Origin: Candidatus Onthovivens sp.
Lineage (GTDB): Bacteria > Bacillota_I > Bacilli_A > RFN20 > CAG-826
Direction of reading: 5' to 3'
NCBI GenBank assembly: GCA_036746835.1
Contig: DAIODM010000004.1
Location: 1 to 60,893 of the forward strand
Length of the DNA stretch: 60,893 bases
The position numbers were made by a program, and so were the translations under genes. This document shows positions 19,371 through 30,423 of the stretch, in pieces. Numbering within the stretch: position 1 is the first letter of the stretch; every line of letters begins with the position of its first letter. The notes under the pieces are model-generated. The model saw only the letters and a list, made by a program, of their open reading frames with translations. It was not told where the DNA came from and ran no database searches.

Positions 19371-22148
19371 TTACTCCGTTCTTAATGCAATTACTGGATC
19401 TTTTTTACTCGCAATTTGTGCTGGAATTAAACCACTAATTAAAGTGAGTAAAATTGAAATCACAATGAGTAATAAGACGTGATATATACTTAAATCTGCA
19501 ATAGTTCCTAAATTATAATCAGGATATTTAGCATTTAATATTTGGTTAATTGGTATTGTTATAATGTAACTTACCGCACAACCTATGATTCCGCTAATTC
19601 CTCCAATAATACTAGATTCCGCTTCAAATAGTCTTCCAACATCTCTTTTACGTGCACCAACCGCTCTTAAAATTCCAATTTCTTTAGTTCGCTCTAAAAC
19701 GCTCGTATAGGTAATGATTCCTGTCATGACGCAAGATACCGCTAAAGAAATAGAAGCAAATATAATTAATACAACAGATATAACCGTAATCATTTGACCA
19801 ATACCACCAGTAATTTCACTAGCGATATCAGTGTAATTTATTTGCTCACTTTCATTATGTGCGTGATATAAATCTGTTGTATCAGTTGTAATTTTATTAT
19901 ATTCATCAAGTGCTTTTTTAAGTGCGTCTTTCGTTGTTAAATCTTTAGGAAAAATAACAACATTACGAATAACACTATAAGAATTTAAATAAGCATAAAT
20001 TCCAACTAATTTATTAATCGCTTCGACATAATTTCCATTATTATAAAGAGTAATTGAATCGGTTATATATTGTTTAATGAAATCACTATCAGTTAATCCA
20101 TGAGTCAATAAGTCATTATTAATCATTTCACAACCAAACCTTTTTCCATCATTTAAATATGTGTTTAGGTTTGTATAATCGTTATCAATATTAGTAACAC
20201 CTTTAAAAGAAACATATCTTAAAAAAGTTGTATAGAGCGAATTTGTTAAAGAACTTGTTGAAGTAGCACTTAAAATATCGCTTGATACTTCGCTTGCTAA
20301 AGCTAAAAAGTTATTGCTTCCAGTTCCAGTAAAATCTTTAATTAAGTTTGCTTTTAAGAAATCTTGCTTAATAGATCCAGCGTTATTTTTAGTAACAATT
20401 TCTGTTTCTAATCCTTTAAGATAACAAAGACCAACAGTCATTAAAGGAATGGTATTTGTCTTCTTAGGACGTAAAATACCCACTATACTAAGGGTTTTTC
20501 CTAAATTTTCATCAGTGTATAATTTATCAACATCATTAACACCATACTCTTTTAAAGAAGTTTTATGACCATCACCATCTACATAGTCTTTAGTTTTAGA
20601 TTCATAATAAAAACCTTCGTTAGGAAATACTTTATATTTCTTACCTTTAATATTATTTTCCCAAGTTAAAGGTACAACTTTGGTTGATAAAGATGAATCT
20701 TGAACTTCACTACTATCATCATCTTTATTATAAAAACCTAATTTTTTTAACGTATTAAAGTTAATCGAGTTTGTATTATCAATAACTAAAACAAGGTCAT
20801 TATTAGTTTTTGGATAACTTCCAGCAATAACATCATAAGCATCTGTAATATATTTTTCTTCTCCATATAATGGATGAAATAAATTAGTTGGTAATCCAGC
20901 ATAAGAAGAAAGAAGACTATTTACGCTATTTGTTGAAATATAATTAACAACTGCATTATATGAATCACTCTTTTTGTCTAAAGAAGAAGGAAATTCAGTC
21001 ACTAAATTCATCGAATAATAATCAACATAATTAATTAAATATTCATTTACCAACTTCTTATCGTCTCTTAAATAATCTAAAAATTTAAAATAATTCTCAC
21101 TAAAATTATTATATTTATAAGTAGTAGTTGATGATGGATTTACATAAGGATATACATCATTTGTATCAAGATAGGTTTGATTTTGATTGATATCATCGGC
21201 ATTTGTTTTTGTAACACTTGTATAAGCTGGTAAATTAATTGGCGTTTGACTAGCTGTTTCGCTTTCGACTCGATTTACATAATTTGTAAATCCATTAGAT
21301 AAACTTAAAACAAGCGCGACACCAATTATACCAAAAGAAGCTGCAATACTTGTTAAAGCAGTTCGTCCTTTTTTAGTAAATAAATTCTTTAAAGACATAT
21401 TTAAAGCAGTAAAGAAATTCATTGAGGTCTTTTTGCCAACTTCTTTTACTTCTTTGTCTTTTTCTTCATCATTTAAAGGATTACTATCACTAGTTATGAC
21501 GCCATCCTTCATTTTTATAATTCGCGTTGCATACTTGTTTGCCAATTCTTCGTTATGAGTAACCATTATAACAAGATGCTCTTCGCTTAATTTCTTAATT
21601 AAATCCATGACTTGAACGCTTGTTACACTATCAAGAGCGCCCGTTGGTTCATCAGCTAAAATAATTTCAGGATTATTAATTAAAGCACGAGCAATTGCTA
21701 CACGTTGCATTTGCCCACCACTAAGTTGATTAGGATTTTTATTAATAATATCGGCTAATCCAACCTTTTTTAAAACATCAATTGCTCTTTCTCTTCTTTC
21801 TTTACGAGGTACTCCATCAAGAACAAGCGAAAGTTCAACATTTGCTAAAATTGAAAGATGTGGTATTAAATTATAAGTTTGAAAAACAAACCCAATTCGT
21901 TTATTACGATAGTTATCCCAATCTTTACTTTTATAAGTTTTAGTTGATTTACCATCAATTAATAAATTACCTTTTGTATATTGATCAAGACCACCAACAA
22001 TATTTAATAAAGTTGTCTTCCCACAACCAGAAGGACCTAAAATACAGACAAATTCCTTCTTTCTAAACTTTAAAGAGATTCCTTTAAGAGCAGGAAATGG
22101 TTTTTTATCTATTAAATAATCTTTATATATATTTTTAAGTTCAAGCAT
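19371..22148 (-). CDS. Fused ABC ATPase/FtsX-type permease (MacB-like) with a large extracellular domain
   Basis: [29 protein letters not shown]-terminal [14 protein letters not shown] and [10 protein letters not shown]. Confidence 0.9.
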   Translation of the reverse strand: MLELKNIYKDYLIDKKPFPALKGISLKFRKKEFVCILGPSGCGKTTLLNIVGGLDQYTKGNLLIDGKSTKTYKSKDWDNYRNKRIGFVFQTYNLIPHLSILANVELSLVLDGVPRKERRERAIDVLKKVGLADIINKNPNQLSGGQMQRVAIARALINNPEIILADEPTGALDSVTSVQVMDLIKKLSEEHLVIMVTHNEELANKYATRIIKMKDGVITSDSNPLNDEEKDKEVKEVGKKTSMNFFTALNMSLKNLFTKKGRTALTSIAASFGIIGVALVLSLSNGFTNYVNRVESETASQTPINLPAYTSVTKTNADDINQNQTYLDTNDVYPYVNPSSTTTYKYNNFSENYFKFLDYLRDDKKLVNEYLINYVDYYSMNLVTEFPSSLDKKSDSYNAVVNYISTNSVNSLLSSYAGLPTNLFHPLYGEEKYITDAYDVIAGSYPKTNNDLVLVIDNTNSINFNTLKKLGFYNKDDDSSEVQDSSLSTKVVPLTWENNIKGKKYKVFPNEGFYYESKTKDYVDGDGHKTSLKEYGVNDVDKLYTDENLGKTLSIVGILRPKKTNTIPLMTVGLCYLKGLETEIVTKNNAGSIKQDFLKANLIKDFTGTGSNNFLALASEVSSDILSATSTSSLTNSLYTTFLRYVSFKGVTNIDNDYTNLNTYLNDGKRFGCEMINNDLLTHGLTDSDFIKQYITDSITLYNNGNYVEAINKLVGIYAYLNSYSVIRNVVIFPKDLTTKDALKKALDEYNKITTDTTDLYHAHNESEQINYTDIASEITGGIGQMITVISVVLIIFASISLAVSCVMTGIITYTSVLERTKEIGILRAVGARKRDVGRLFEAESSIIGGISGIIGCAVSYIITIPINQILNAKYPDYNLGTIADLSIYHVLLLIVISILLTLISGLIPAQIASKKDPVIALRTE

Positions 22149-22162
22149 AATCTCTCCTAATC

Positions 22163-22186
22163 TTTTATCTATTATAATAGATAAAA
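22163..22186. promoter_or_regulatory. Perfect 24-bp palindrome centred on the -10 box of the ABC/P-type ATPase/TetR operon (candidate operator)
   Basis: TTTTATCTATTATAATAGATAAAA is its own reverse complement and contains TATAAT on both strands. It lies 14 nt upstream of the ATG. Confidence 0.6.
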
Positions 22187-22235
22187 ATTATTTTGACACT
22201 GTAAAAATGAATATTTATATGATTTTAAGGAAATA

Positions 22236-22318
22236 AAAACCACCGCACATCATGCTAGATCTTAAGGCTGCTACATTCCTGTCCTGACCTGGTTCGAAAA
22301 GCACAATCGCGATGGCTT
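22236..22318 (-). ncRNA. ffs: Signal recognition particle RNA, small (4.5S-type)
   Basis: The - strand reads GCCATCGCGATTGTGCTTTTCGAACCAGGTCAGGACAGGAATGTAGCAGCCTTAAGATCTAGCATGATGTGCGGTGGT. It has the helix-8 core CAGG...GGAA...AGCAGC, self-complementary ends and a U tail. Extended -10 TGtTATAAT at 22323-22331. Confidence 0.9.
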
Positions 22319-22347
22319 TATTATTATAACAAATTATTAATTAAATA

Positions 22348-23628
22348 CTATTTCTTAATTGGTTTTAAGACTTTGAGTCCACCCATAAATGGTTGAAGGA
22401 CCTCTGGAATTAAAACACTTCCATCTTCTTGTTGGAATTGTTCAAGAATAGCAGGGAAAATACGAGATGTTGCAAGTCCACTACCATTTAATGTGTGGCA
22501 GAAATGCACCTTACCATCAGCATCTTTATATCTTTCTTTACCTCTACGAGCTTGATAATCACGCGCGTTACTTACACTACTGACTTCCTTATAAATACCC
22601 ATGCTTGGAATCCAAACTTCGATATCATAAGTTCGAGCCATTGAGTGGCTGCAATCGCCAGCTGCAAGTTTAGAAATTTGGAAGTGTAATCCAAGTTTTT
22701 CAACAAGAGTTTGAGCTTTTTTAACAAGTTCAGCAAATGCACGATCACTATCGGTATCACTTGTATATTCAACCATTTCAACTTTATCAAATTGATAACC
22801 ACGAATCATTCCACGTTCTTCAGTACGATAACTACCAGCTTCTTTACGATAGCAAGGAGTGTATGCAAAGTATTTCTTTGGTAAATCAGTTTCTTTTAAA
22901 ATTTCATCACGATGCAAATTAACAAGTGCTGTTTCCGCAGTTGGAAGAAGGAATCGATATGGTTCAAAATCCTTCATAACAAAGACATCTTGTTCAAATT
23001 TTGGGAATTGTCCAGCGGTAAAACCACTATCATAATTTAATAAGTGTGGAGGTAAAATAAAGGTAAAACCATCAGCTAAGTGAGTGGAAATAAAGAAATT
23101 AATTAACGCCCACTCAAGTTGTGCACCTAAACCAGTATAAATCCAGGCACCGCTACCAGCAATTTTGGCCGCACGTTGGTAATCAATTAAACCTAAAGAT
23201 TCCGCAAGTTCAACGTGATCTTTTGGTTTAAATTTAAATTCTGGTTTTTTACCATAAGTATAAATTGGTTTATTGTTTTCTTTTCCACCAGGTAATAAAT
23301 CTCTATCAGGTAAATTTGGAAGAGCAAACCAAATCTTATTAATACCATCTTCAACTTCTTTAAGTTTTTCTTCGGCTTCTTTATTTTTAGCTGCTAATTC
23401 CTTAACTTTAGCAAAAACCGCATTAACATCTCCGCCATTCTTCTTAACTTCAGGAACAGATTTAGAAAGTTTATTTTGTTCGGCTTTGTTACTTTCAGTA
23501 ACTTTTTGAAGCTCTTTTCTTTCATCAACCAACTTAACAAGATCATCAAGATTTACTTCATAAAGTTTACCTTTATAAAGTTTTTCACATTCATCTTTGT
23601 GCTCAATAATGTAATTTAAATCGTTCAT
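22348..23628 (-). CDS. serS: Serine--tRNA ligase
   Basis: N-terminal coiled coil, LPTAET, YRKEAG, RGYQFDKVE, TYDIEVW, HTLNGSGLA. Confidence 0.96.
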   Translation of the reverse strand: MNDLNYIIEHKDECEKLYKGKLYEVNLDDLVKLVDERKELQKVTESNKAEQNKLSKSVPEVKKNGGDVNAVFAKVKELAAKNKEAEEKLKEVEDGINKIWFALPNLPDRDLLPGGKENNKPIYTYGKKPEFKFKPKDHVELAESLGLIDYQRAAKIAGSGAWIYTGLGAQLEWALINFFISTHLADGFTFILPPHLLNYDSGFTAGQFPKFEQDVFVMKDFEPYRFLLPTAETALVNLHRDEILKETDLPKKYFAYTPCYRKEAGSYRTEERGMIRGYQFDKVEMVEYTSDTDSDRAFAELVKKAQTLVEKLGLHFQISKLAAGDCSHSMARTYDIEVWIPSMGIYKEVSSVSNARDYQARRGKERYKDADGKVHFCHTLNGSGLATSRIFPAILEQFQQEDGSVLIPEVLQPFMGGLKVLKPIKK

Positions 23629-23637
23629 AATATTCTC

Positions 23638-24627
23638 CTAAATATTGTTATACATCGTTATTAATTTCTTACCACTATTTAGTAAGGAATTTTCAACCGC
23701 AATTTCTTTTCCTTTTGCAGTTGTAGAAGCTAGTTTACCATCGATAAAAAGGCTAATTCCTTCTTTTAATGAGGCAAAATCATTATAAACATAGCCATTT
23801 TCTTTATCAATTATAATGTCATCAAACACACTCTCTTTTAATGCCATTATTTGCGTATCACAGGCCATTGCTTCATAATTTTGTAAGACATTTCCTTTAT
23901 GAGTGTTAAGGAATAAATATAATTTTGCGTTATAAGCTAAGGAATTATAGACATCTTCATCAAGAGGCAAAGCATAAATTAAGTTTCCTGGAGCTTTTTT
24001 AATGAGTTTTTTAATTTTAAAACTAAGAAAATCATTTTGATAAATTGCAATCCACTTAATTTTTGGGAAAGAAGAAGCTAAATCAAAGACTCTTTTAAAA
24101 GCTTCTTCATCACGATAATCAATTACAGTTACAATAAATCCCCTCTCTTCAGGACACTTTAAATAACGATAAGCAATACTTCTAACATAGGTGTTACTAA
24201 TCATAAATTTAGTAACATTTACTCCATGTTCGAGGACCTCAATCCTGGTAGTTATACCATTCAATATAAGAATTCTTTTTGCTTCTTCGCTAGGTACTAA
24301 AATTAAATTGAGCTCGTTATATAGGGGTATTTCACTTTTTTCAATCGTATATGTCCCATCTAAATGCTTCTCTAAAATTCGTCCATCATGATCTTCTTCA
24401 GAGTAAAATAAACTAATAACTGTTTTACTTCCTTTTTTAATTTCACTACGAAGTTTTTTATAATCTTCAATATCCGTAAAATGAATTAAAGAATAAGATT
24501 CATCATAAAAAGAAACACAATAAGGAGACCCGTTTAATTCAAGAGATCCTTTAAGATTCTTTCTTAAACGGGTTTTTTCAAAGTTGTCATATTTTTTGTT
24601 TGTTTGTGAAACAATGAGTGGCTTCAT
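23638..24627 (-). CDS. Divergent GT-B fold glycosyltransferase (GT4-like)
   Basis: The C-terminal YEAMACDTQI...DIIIDKENGYV resembles the GT4 E-x7-E/EAMA-G-P region, but other motifs are poorly conserved. Confidence 0.55.
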   Translation of the reverse strand: MKPLIVSQTNKKYDNFEKTRLRKNLKGSLELNGSPYCVSFYDESYSLIHFTDIEDYKKLRSEIKKGSKTVISLFYSEEDHDGRILEKHLDGTYTIEKSEIPLYNELNLILVPSEEAKRILILNGITTRIEVLEHGVNVTKFMISNTYVRSIAYRYLKCPEERGFIVTVIDYRDEEAFKRVFDLASSFPKIKWIAIYQNDFLSFKIKKLIKKAPGNLIYALPLDEDVYNSLAYNAKLYLFLNTHKGNVLQNYEAMACDTQIMALKESVFDDIIIDKENGYVYNDFASLKEGISLFIDGKLASTTAKGKEIAVENSLLNSGKKLITMYNNI

Positions 24628-24633
24628 AAATTC

Positions 24634-27252
24634 TTACTTATCTTCTTCTTTATTATCATCTGGAACAGGAGTTTCAATTATATCTTCATCTTCATCAAGT
24701 GAAGCAGCAACATCCTTAATAGATGGAGCGACACTAGTTTCTTCTGTGTTTTCAATTACTTCTTCTTTAGGAGCAATTGTAAATGAAGAAACATTTTCTT
24801 TATCTTTTAAGTTAATAATCTTAACACCTTGAGCATTTCTACCAATTACTCTAACTTGCTCTAAGGTTGTACGAATGGTTTGACCATTATTTGTAATAAC
24901 AATGATGTCTTCGTCGCCATTAACAACTTTTAATCCAACAAGTTTACCTGTCTTATCGGTAACTTTTAAGGTAATAACGCCACCTGCACCACGTTTAGTT
25001 AATCGGTAAGTTGATAAATCACTTAATTTACCTAAACCATTTTCACTAAGAACAAAAGCGTTATTTCCTTCTAAGCTCGTTGCAAGACCAACAAGTTGAC
25101 CACCACTTAACTTCATACCACGGACGCCACTTGCTGTTCTTCCCATACATCTAACATCTTCTTCATTAAAGAAACAGGCTTTACCTTTATCGCTAGCAAG
25201 AATAATCTTAGCGGTTCCATCCGTAACTTTAACTCCAAGTAAATTATCACCATCTTTTAAAGTAATAGCGTACTTTCCATTAACATTAATTCGTTCAAAC
25301 TCTTCAAGTTTAGTACGTTTAACGGTTCCTTTACGAGTAGCAAAGAATAAATACTTATCTTTATAGTCATCGACACTAACCATAGCGGTTATTGTTTCGT
25401 TCTCTTCTAAATTGAGGAGATTAAGGACTGGAATTCCTTTTGATTGACGACTTGCTTCGTTAATTTCATGTCCTCTTTTACGGTAAACTCTACCAAAATT
25501 AGAGAAGAATAAGATATCAGTGTGTGTTTTACTAGTGACCATCTTAGAAACTTCATCGTCACTATAAACCGTCATTCCTTTAACACCACTTCCGCCTCTA
25601 TTTTGAGTTCTAAATTCATTTAAAGACATTCTCTTAATGTAACCTTTTTCGGTTAAAGTAATGACAATATCTTCTTCTGGAATTAAATCTTCATCTTCAA
25701 CACTAACAATTGTGTGAGAGATTTCAGTCTTTCGTTCATCACCATATTTATCACGGATTTCAGTTAATTCTTTAACAACGACATCAACTTCATGATCACG
25801 TGATTCAAGAATAAATTTATCATTAGCAATCGCTTCTTCTAAACCCTTCTTTTCATCAAGTAATTTGCTTGTTTCAATAGCATTTAATCTACCAAGAGTC
25901 ATAGCAACAATTGCTTTTGCTTGTTCATCATCAAAGTTAAATCTTGATTTTAACCAATCAATAAAGACTTGTTGGTTAGCACTTGATTTAGCCTTATCAA
26001 CAACTTCATTAATATTGTCGTGAACAACTAAAAGTGCTTCGACAATATTTAATCTATCGGTTGCTTTCTTCATTAAAAATCTAGTTCGACGATCAATAAC
26101 TTCAACTTGGAAATTTAAATAGTGTTCAAGTAAAGCTTTTAAAGAAAGAACTTTAGGAGCACCATTAACAATACAAAGATTAATAACACCAAAACTAACT
26201 TCGAGTTGAGTATTCTTATAAATTTGATTAAGAATTACTTGAGGAACAGTATCTTTTCGACAATCAATTTCAATATTAACATTCTCTTTACTTAAATCAC
26301 GAATGCCAGTAATTCCATCAATTACTTTATTACGAACAAGTTCACCAATCTTTTCAACAAGATTAGCTTTATTGACTTGATAAGGAATTTCAGTAATTAA
26401 AATCTTACTCTTTTCCCCTTCTTTTTCTTCAATAGTAGCACGACCTCTAAGTCTAAAGGTTCCTCTACCAGTTTCATAAGCATCTTTAATTCCACCAAGG
26501 CCATAAATAATGCCACCAGTAGGGAAGTCAGGACCTTTAATAATCTTCATTAAATCATCAGTCGTAATATCTTTATTTTTTGTTAAAGCAATAACACCAT
26601 TAATGACTTCAGTTAAATTGTGTGGAGGCATTTTTGTTGCCATACCAACTGCAATTCCATCACTTCCATTACAAAGTAAATTTGGGAAACGAGATGGTAA
26701 ACAAGTAGGTTCTTCAAGAGTTCCATCATAGTTTGGAATAAAATCAACAGTGTTTTCATCCATTCCACGAGTCATTTCTAGAGCAATCTTACTAAGTTTA
26801 CATTCGGTGTAACGCATAGCAGCTGCTTCATCGCCATCCATTGAACCAAAGTTACCATGACCAGTAACAAGGGTATAACGCATACTAAATGGTTGAGCTA
26901 AACGGACAAGAGTACTATAAATAGCGGCATCACCGTGTGGGTGATAACTGCCCATAACATCACCAACAACCTTCGCACTTTTTACGAATGGTTTATCAGG
27001 TAAATATCCATTCTCTGCCATTCCAAAAATAACACGTCTATGGACTGGTTTAAATCCATCACGAACATCTGGAAGAGCACGAGCCACAATAACACTCATT
27101 GCATAATCAAGGAATGAATTTTGGACTTCGTTAACAATTTCGGTATCTTTTAAAGCAGGAACAATACCACTTTCAACATCTTCAATTTCTTTTTCTTTAT
27201 CGCTACTAACTTCTTCATTTGTTAGAGCATCATTTTTCTTTTCTTCACTCAT
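24634..27252 (-). CDS. gyrA: DNA gyrase subunit A
   Basis: RALPDVRDGFKPVHRR, YHPHGD, AAMRYTE (catalytic Tyr), GyrA-box QNRGGSG, beta-pinwheel repeats. Start at ATG 27252 after SD AGGAG. Confidence 0.97.
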   Translation of the reverse strand: MSEEKKNDALTNEEVSSDKEKEIEDVESGIVPALKDTEIVNEVQNSFLDYAMSVIVARALPDVRDGFKPVHRRVIFGMAENGYLPDKPFVKSAKVVGDVMGSYHPHGDAAIYSTLVRLAQPFSMRYTLVTGHGNFGSMDGDEAAAMRYTECKLSKIALEMTRGMDENTVDFIPNYDGTLEEPTCLPSRFPNLLCNGSDGIAVGMATKMPPHNLTEVINGVIALTKNKDITTDDLMKIIKGPDFPTGGIIYGLGGIKDAYETGRGTFRLRGRATIEEKEGEKSKILITEIPYQVNKANLVEKIGELVRNKVIDGITGIRDLSKENVNIEIDCRKDTVPQVILNQIYKNTQLEVSFGVINLCIVNGAPKVLSLKALLEHYLNFQVEVIDRRTRFLMKKATDRLNIVEALLVVHDNINEVVDKAKSSANQQVFIDWLKSRFNFDDEQAKAIVAMTLGRLNAIETSKLLDEKKGLEEAIANDKFILESRDHEVDVVVKELTEIRDKYGDERKTEISHTIVSVEDEDLIPEEDIVITLTEKGYIKRMSLNEFRTQNRGGSGVKGMTVYSDDEVSKMVTSKTHTDILFFSNFGRVYRKRGHEINEASRQSKGIPVLNLLNLEENETITAMVSVDDYKDKYLFFATRKGTVKRTKLEEFERINVNGKYAITLKDGDNLLGVKVTDGTAKIILASDKGKACFFNEEDVRCMGRTASGVRGMKLSGGQLVGLATSLEGNNAFVLSENGLGKLSDLSTYRLTKRGAGGVITLKVTDKTGKLVGLKVVNGDEDIIVITNNGQTIRTTLEQVRVIGRNAQGVKIINLKDKENVSSFTIAPKEEVIENTEETSVAPSIKDVAASLDEDEDIIETPVPDDNKEEDK

Positions 27253-27263
27253 TGTTCTCACTC

Positions 27264-29345
27264 CTATACATCAAGATTCTTTACAAACTTGGCATTAAGC
27301 TCAATAAACTCAGTACGTGGAGTAACTTCTTCTCCCATTAAGTTATTGAAGACTTGATCGGCAGCTATTGCATCATCAACTGTTACTCTAAGCATTTTAC
27401 GTTTAGTTGGATCCATAGTTGTTTCTTCAAGTTGAGAAGGATCCATTTCACCTAAACCTTTGTAACGTTGAATTGGATAGTTTGCTTTAATATCTAATTG
27501 TTTTCTTAAGACATCTAATTGTTCATCGTTATAGCAATAATAATCTTTATTCTTGTAAACAAGTTTATAAAGAGGAGGTTGTGCAATATAAACATAACCT
27601 TTATCAATTAATGGTTTCATAAAACGATGGAAGAAAGTAAGTAAAAGGATACGAATGTGACTACCATCAACATCAGCATCCGTCATAATAACAACTTTAT
27701 GATAACGAATTTTTGTAACATCAAATTCAGCACCATATCCGCCACCAATTGCGTTAATCATGTTACCAATTTCACCATTATCAAAGATTCTATGTTCTTG
27801 TGCTTTTTGAACGTTTAAAATCTTACCACGAAGTGGAAGGATTGCTTGGAAATGCGAATCACGACCAAGTTTAGCACTGCCACCTGCAGAATTACCTTCT
27901 ACGATAAATAATTCACATTCTTCTGGATTATTACTACTACAATCACTTAATTTTCCAGGAAGAGTTGAAATCTCAAGACTATTTTTACGACGAGTATTAT
28001 CCCTAGCAGCACGAGCTGCAAGACGAGCATCATAAGCGCCTTTAACTTTCTTCATGATTTCAAGCGCATTGGCTTTATTCTCAAGAAGATATCGTTCAAG
28101 TTGCTCACCAACAACATTATTAACAAGTTTTTTAACTTCAAGATTACCTAATTTACCCTTAGTTTGTCCTTCATATTGAGGATTTGGGTGTTTAATACTA
28201 ATAATTGCAGTTAAACCTTCACTACAATCATCAAAATTAAGTTTTTCTTTATCTTGGTCTTTTAAAATCTTTGCATTACGGGCATAAGAATTAAAGACAC
28301 GAACAAGCGCTAAAGCAAAACCTTCTTCGTGCATTCCACCATCTCCAGTAGCAACATTATTACAATAAGAATAAATCTTATGGTTGTAGCTTGAAGTGAA
28401 TTGCATGGCGACATCAGCGAAAATTAATTCTTCAACACCACTATCATCGAATTTTTCAGCACCACTAAAATCCATAATGTCTTTAACAATTGGATTACTA
28501 TCTTGGTTTAAAAATTCGACATATTCTTTAATTCCACCATCATACTTATAGTGGGCTTCTTGAATAGGATCTTCACGATAATCAAAAAGATTAATCTTTA
28601 ACGATTTATTTAAGAAAGCCATTTGTCTAATACGATTATTAATGGTTTCGTAATTATAAATTGTGGTTTCCTTAAAGATTTTTGGATCTGGAGAGAAAGT
28701 AACTTCTGTTCCATGTTCATCTTTAGAACAAACCCCAATTTTCTTTAAAGGCGCTACAGCATGTCCGCCATTTTCAAAGCGAATATAATAAATTCCACCA
28801 TCTTTATGAACGGTAACATCCACCCAACGTGATAAAGCATTGACGACACTAGCGCCAACACCATGAAGACCACCGGATACTTTATATCCGCCACCTTCAC
28901 CAAACTTACCACCAGCGTGAAGAATTGTATAAACGGTTTCAACACCTGATTTACCAGTTTTACCAACAGTATCAACTGGAATACCACGTCCATTATCCTT
29001 AACAGTAATGGTTTCACCTTTATTAATGCTAACAGTTATTTCATTACAATATCCTGCTAAAGCTTCATCGATTGAGTTATCGACGATTTCCCAAACAAGG
29101 TGATGTAAACCTGTCGAAGAAGTTGAACCAATATACATGCCTGGTCTTTTTCTAACTGCTTCAAGTCCTTCAAGAACACTAATATTTTGAGCAGTATAAC
29201 TTGCATCAGCTTTTTCAAGTTTACTTTCATCAACGTTCTCGATAACTTCATCACTAAGGCCTTTAGTGACTCCTTCTTCGAGTTTTTCTTCTTCAGGAGT
29301 TTCTTCTCCCATCTTCTCTAATTCTTTTTCGTTCTTTTCTGGCAT
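27264..29345 (-). CDS. gyrB: DNA gyrase subunit B
   Basis: LEAVRKRPGMYIG, EIVDNSIDE, GLHGVG, PLRGK, MTDADVDG, RYKGLGEM. Start at ATG 29345 after SD AAGGAG. Confidence 0.97.
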   Translation of the reverse strand: MPEKNEKELEKMGEETPEEEKLEEGVTKGLSDEVIENVDESKLEKADASYTAQNISVLEGLEAVRKRPGMYIGSTSSTGLHHLVWEIVDNSIDEALAGYCNEITVSINKGETITVKDNGRGIPVDTVGKTGKSGVETVYTILHAGGKFGEGGGYKVSGGLHGVGASVVNALSRWVDVTVHKDGGIYYIRFENGGHAVAPLKKIGVCSKDEHGTEVTFSPDPKIFKETTIYNYETINNRIRQMAFLNKSLKINLFDYREDPIQEAHYKYDGGIKEYVEFLNQDSNPIVKDIMDFSGAEKFDDSGVEELIFADVAMQFTSSYNHKIYSYCNNVATGDGGMHEEGFALALVRVFNSYARNAKILKDQDKEKLNFDDCSEGLTAIISIKHPNPQYEGQTKGKLGNLEVKKLVNNVVGEQLERYLLENKANALEIMKKVKGAYDARLAARAARDNTRRKNSLEISTLPGKLSDCSSNNPEECELFIVEGNSAGGSAKLGRDSHFQAILPLRGKILNVQKAQEHRIFDNGEIGNMINAIGGGYGAEFDVTKIRYHKVVIMTDADVDGSHIRILLLTFFHRFMKPLIDKGYVYIAQPPLYKLVYKNKDYYCYNDEQLDVLRKQLDIKANYPIQRYKGLGEMDPSQLEETTMDPTKRKMLRVTVDDAIAADQVFNNLMGEEVTPRTEFIELNAKFVKNLDV

Positions 29346-29346
29346 A

Positions 29347-30423
29347 CTATTCTTCTCCTTTACTAAGTTCACCATCTTTAATTTCAAGATAATTCGCCCC
29401 ATCTATATCAACTTTACTAGTTGAGGTAATAAATACCTGACTAAGTTTCTTTAAGTAATTAATTAAGCTTGTTTGATGATTAAGGTCTAACTCACTTAAA
29501 ACATCATCTAAAATCACAACTGGTTTGTTTTTATAATCTTCAATAAGTTCGTATGGAGCAAGTTTTAAAGATAGAACACAAAGTCTATTTTCTCCTTGGC
29601 TACCATAAACTCCGACATTTTTATGACGTAAAGTAATAAAGAAATCTTCTTTTTGAATTCCTTTGGTTGTTTGTTTACGTTTTAAATCGAGTTCCAAAGT
29701 ATTATCAAATTCTTTTTTAGCTAATTCTTTATAATTCTTAGACGAATTTATAAAGGGAATATAGTTAATCTCTACCTCATCTTTTGATCCGCTTATTTCT
29801 GAATAAACTTTTTTAAATGCTTTATTAAGTTCTTTTAAATAAGCTAATCGATACTCATAAATTTCACGCGAGACATCAATCATCTGACTAGTTATTACTT
29901 CAAGTAAGTCTCTATTTACATCAAATCCTTTAAGTAAATCATTTCTTTGTTTTAGTAATTTTTCATAATTAGTAACTTCTTCAAGATAACTTTTACTGAC
30001 TTTAGAAATCGCTAAATCAAGGAATAATCGACGACTTTTAGGTTGATCTTTTAATAGATTAACTTCTCGTGGAATAAAGTAGATTGCATTAAAGACACTA
30101 CTTAATTCGCTTATTTTATGGATTTGTTTTTTGTTTATAGCGATTTTTTTACCATCGCTAGTTAAATATACCTCAATCTCTTTTTTTGCTTCGCCAACAC
30201 TAATAGAAGCAAAAATAGAAGCAAAATTACTTTCGTGATTAATTAAATTTAAGTCATTACTTGTTCTAAAAGACCTTGCTAATGAAAGAAAATAAATTCC
30301 TTCAACTAAAGATGTCTTCCCGCTAGCGTTATTTCCATAGATGAAGTTAATTCCTTCTAAAAAAGAAACACTAGTTTTTAAATAATTACGAAAATTGATT
30401 AATTTTAAAGAAGTAATAATCAT
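29347..30423 (-). CDS. recF: DNA replication/repair protein RecF
   Basis: NFRNY, GNNASGKT, YGSQGENR, ILDDVLSELD; canonical position. Confidence 0.95.
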   Translation of the reverse strand: MIITSLKLINFRNYLKTSVSFLEGINFIYGNNASGKTSLVEGIYFLSLARSFRTSNDLNLINHESNFASIFASISVGEAKKEIEVYLTSDGKKIAINKKQIHKISELSSVFNAIYFIPREVNLLKDQPKSRRLFLDLAISKVSKSYLEEVTNYEKLLKQRNDLLKGFDVNRDLLEVITSQMIDVSREIYEYRLAYLKELNKAFKKVYSEISGSKDEVEINYIPFINSSKNYKELAKKEFDNTLELDLKRKQTTKGIQKEDFFITLRHKNVGVYGSQGENRLCVLSLKLAPYELIEDYKNKPVVILDDVLSELDLNHQTSLINYLKKLSQVFITSTSKVDIDGANYLEIKDGELSKGEE

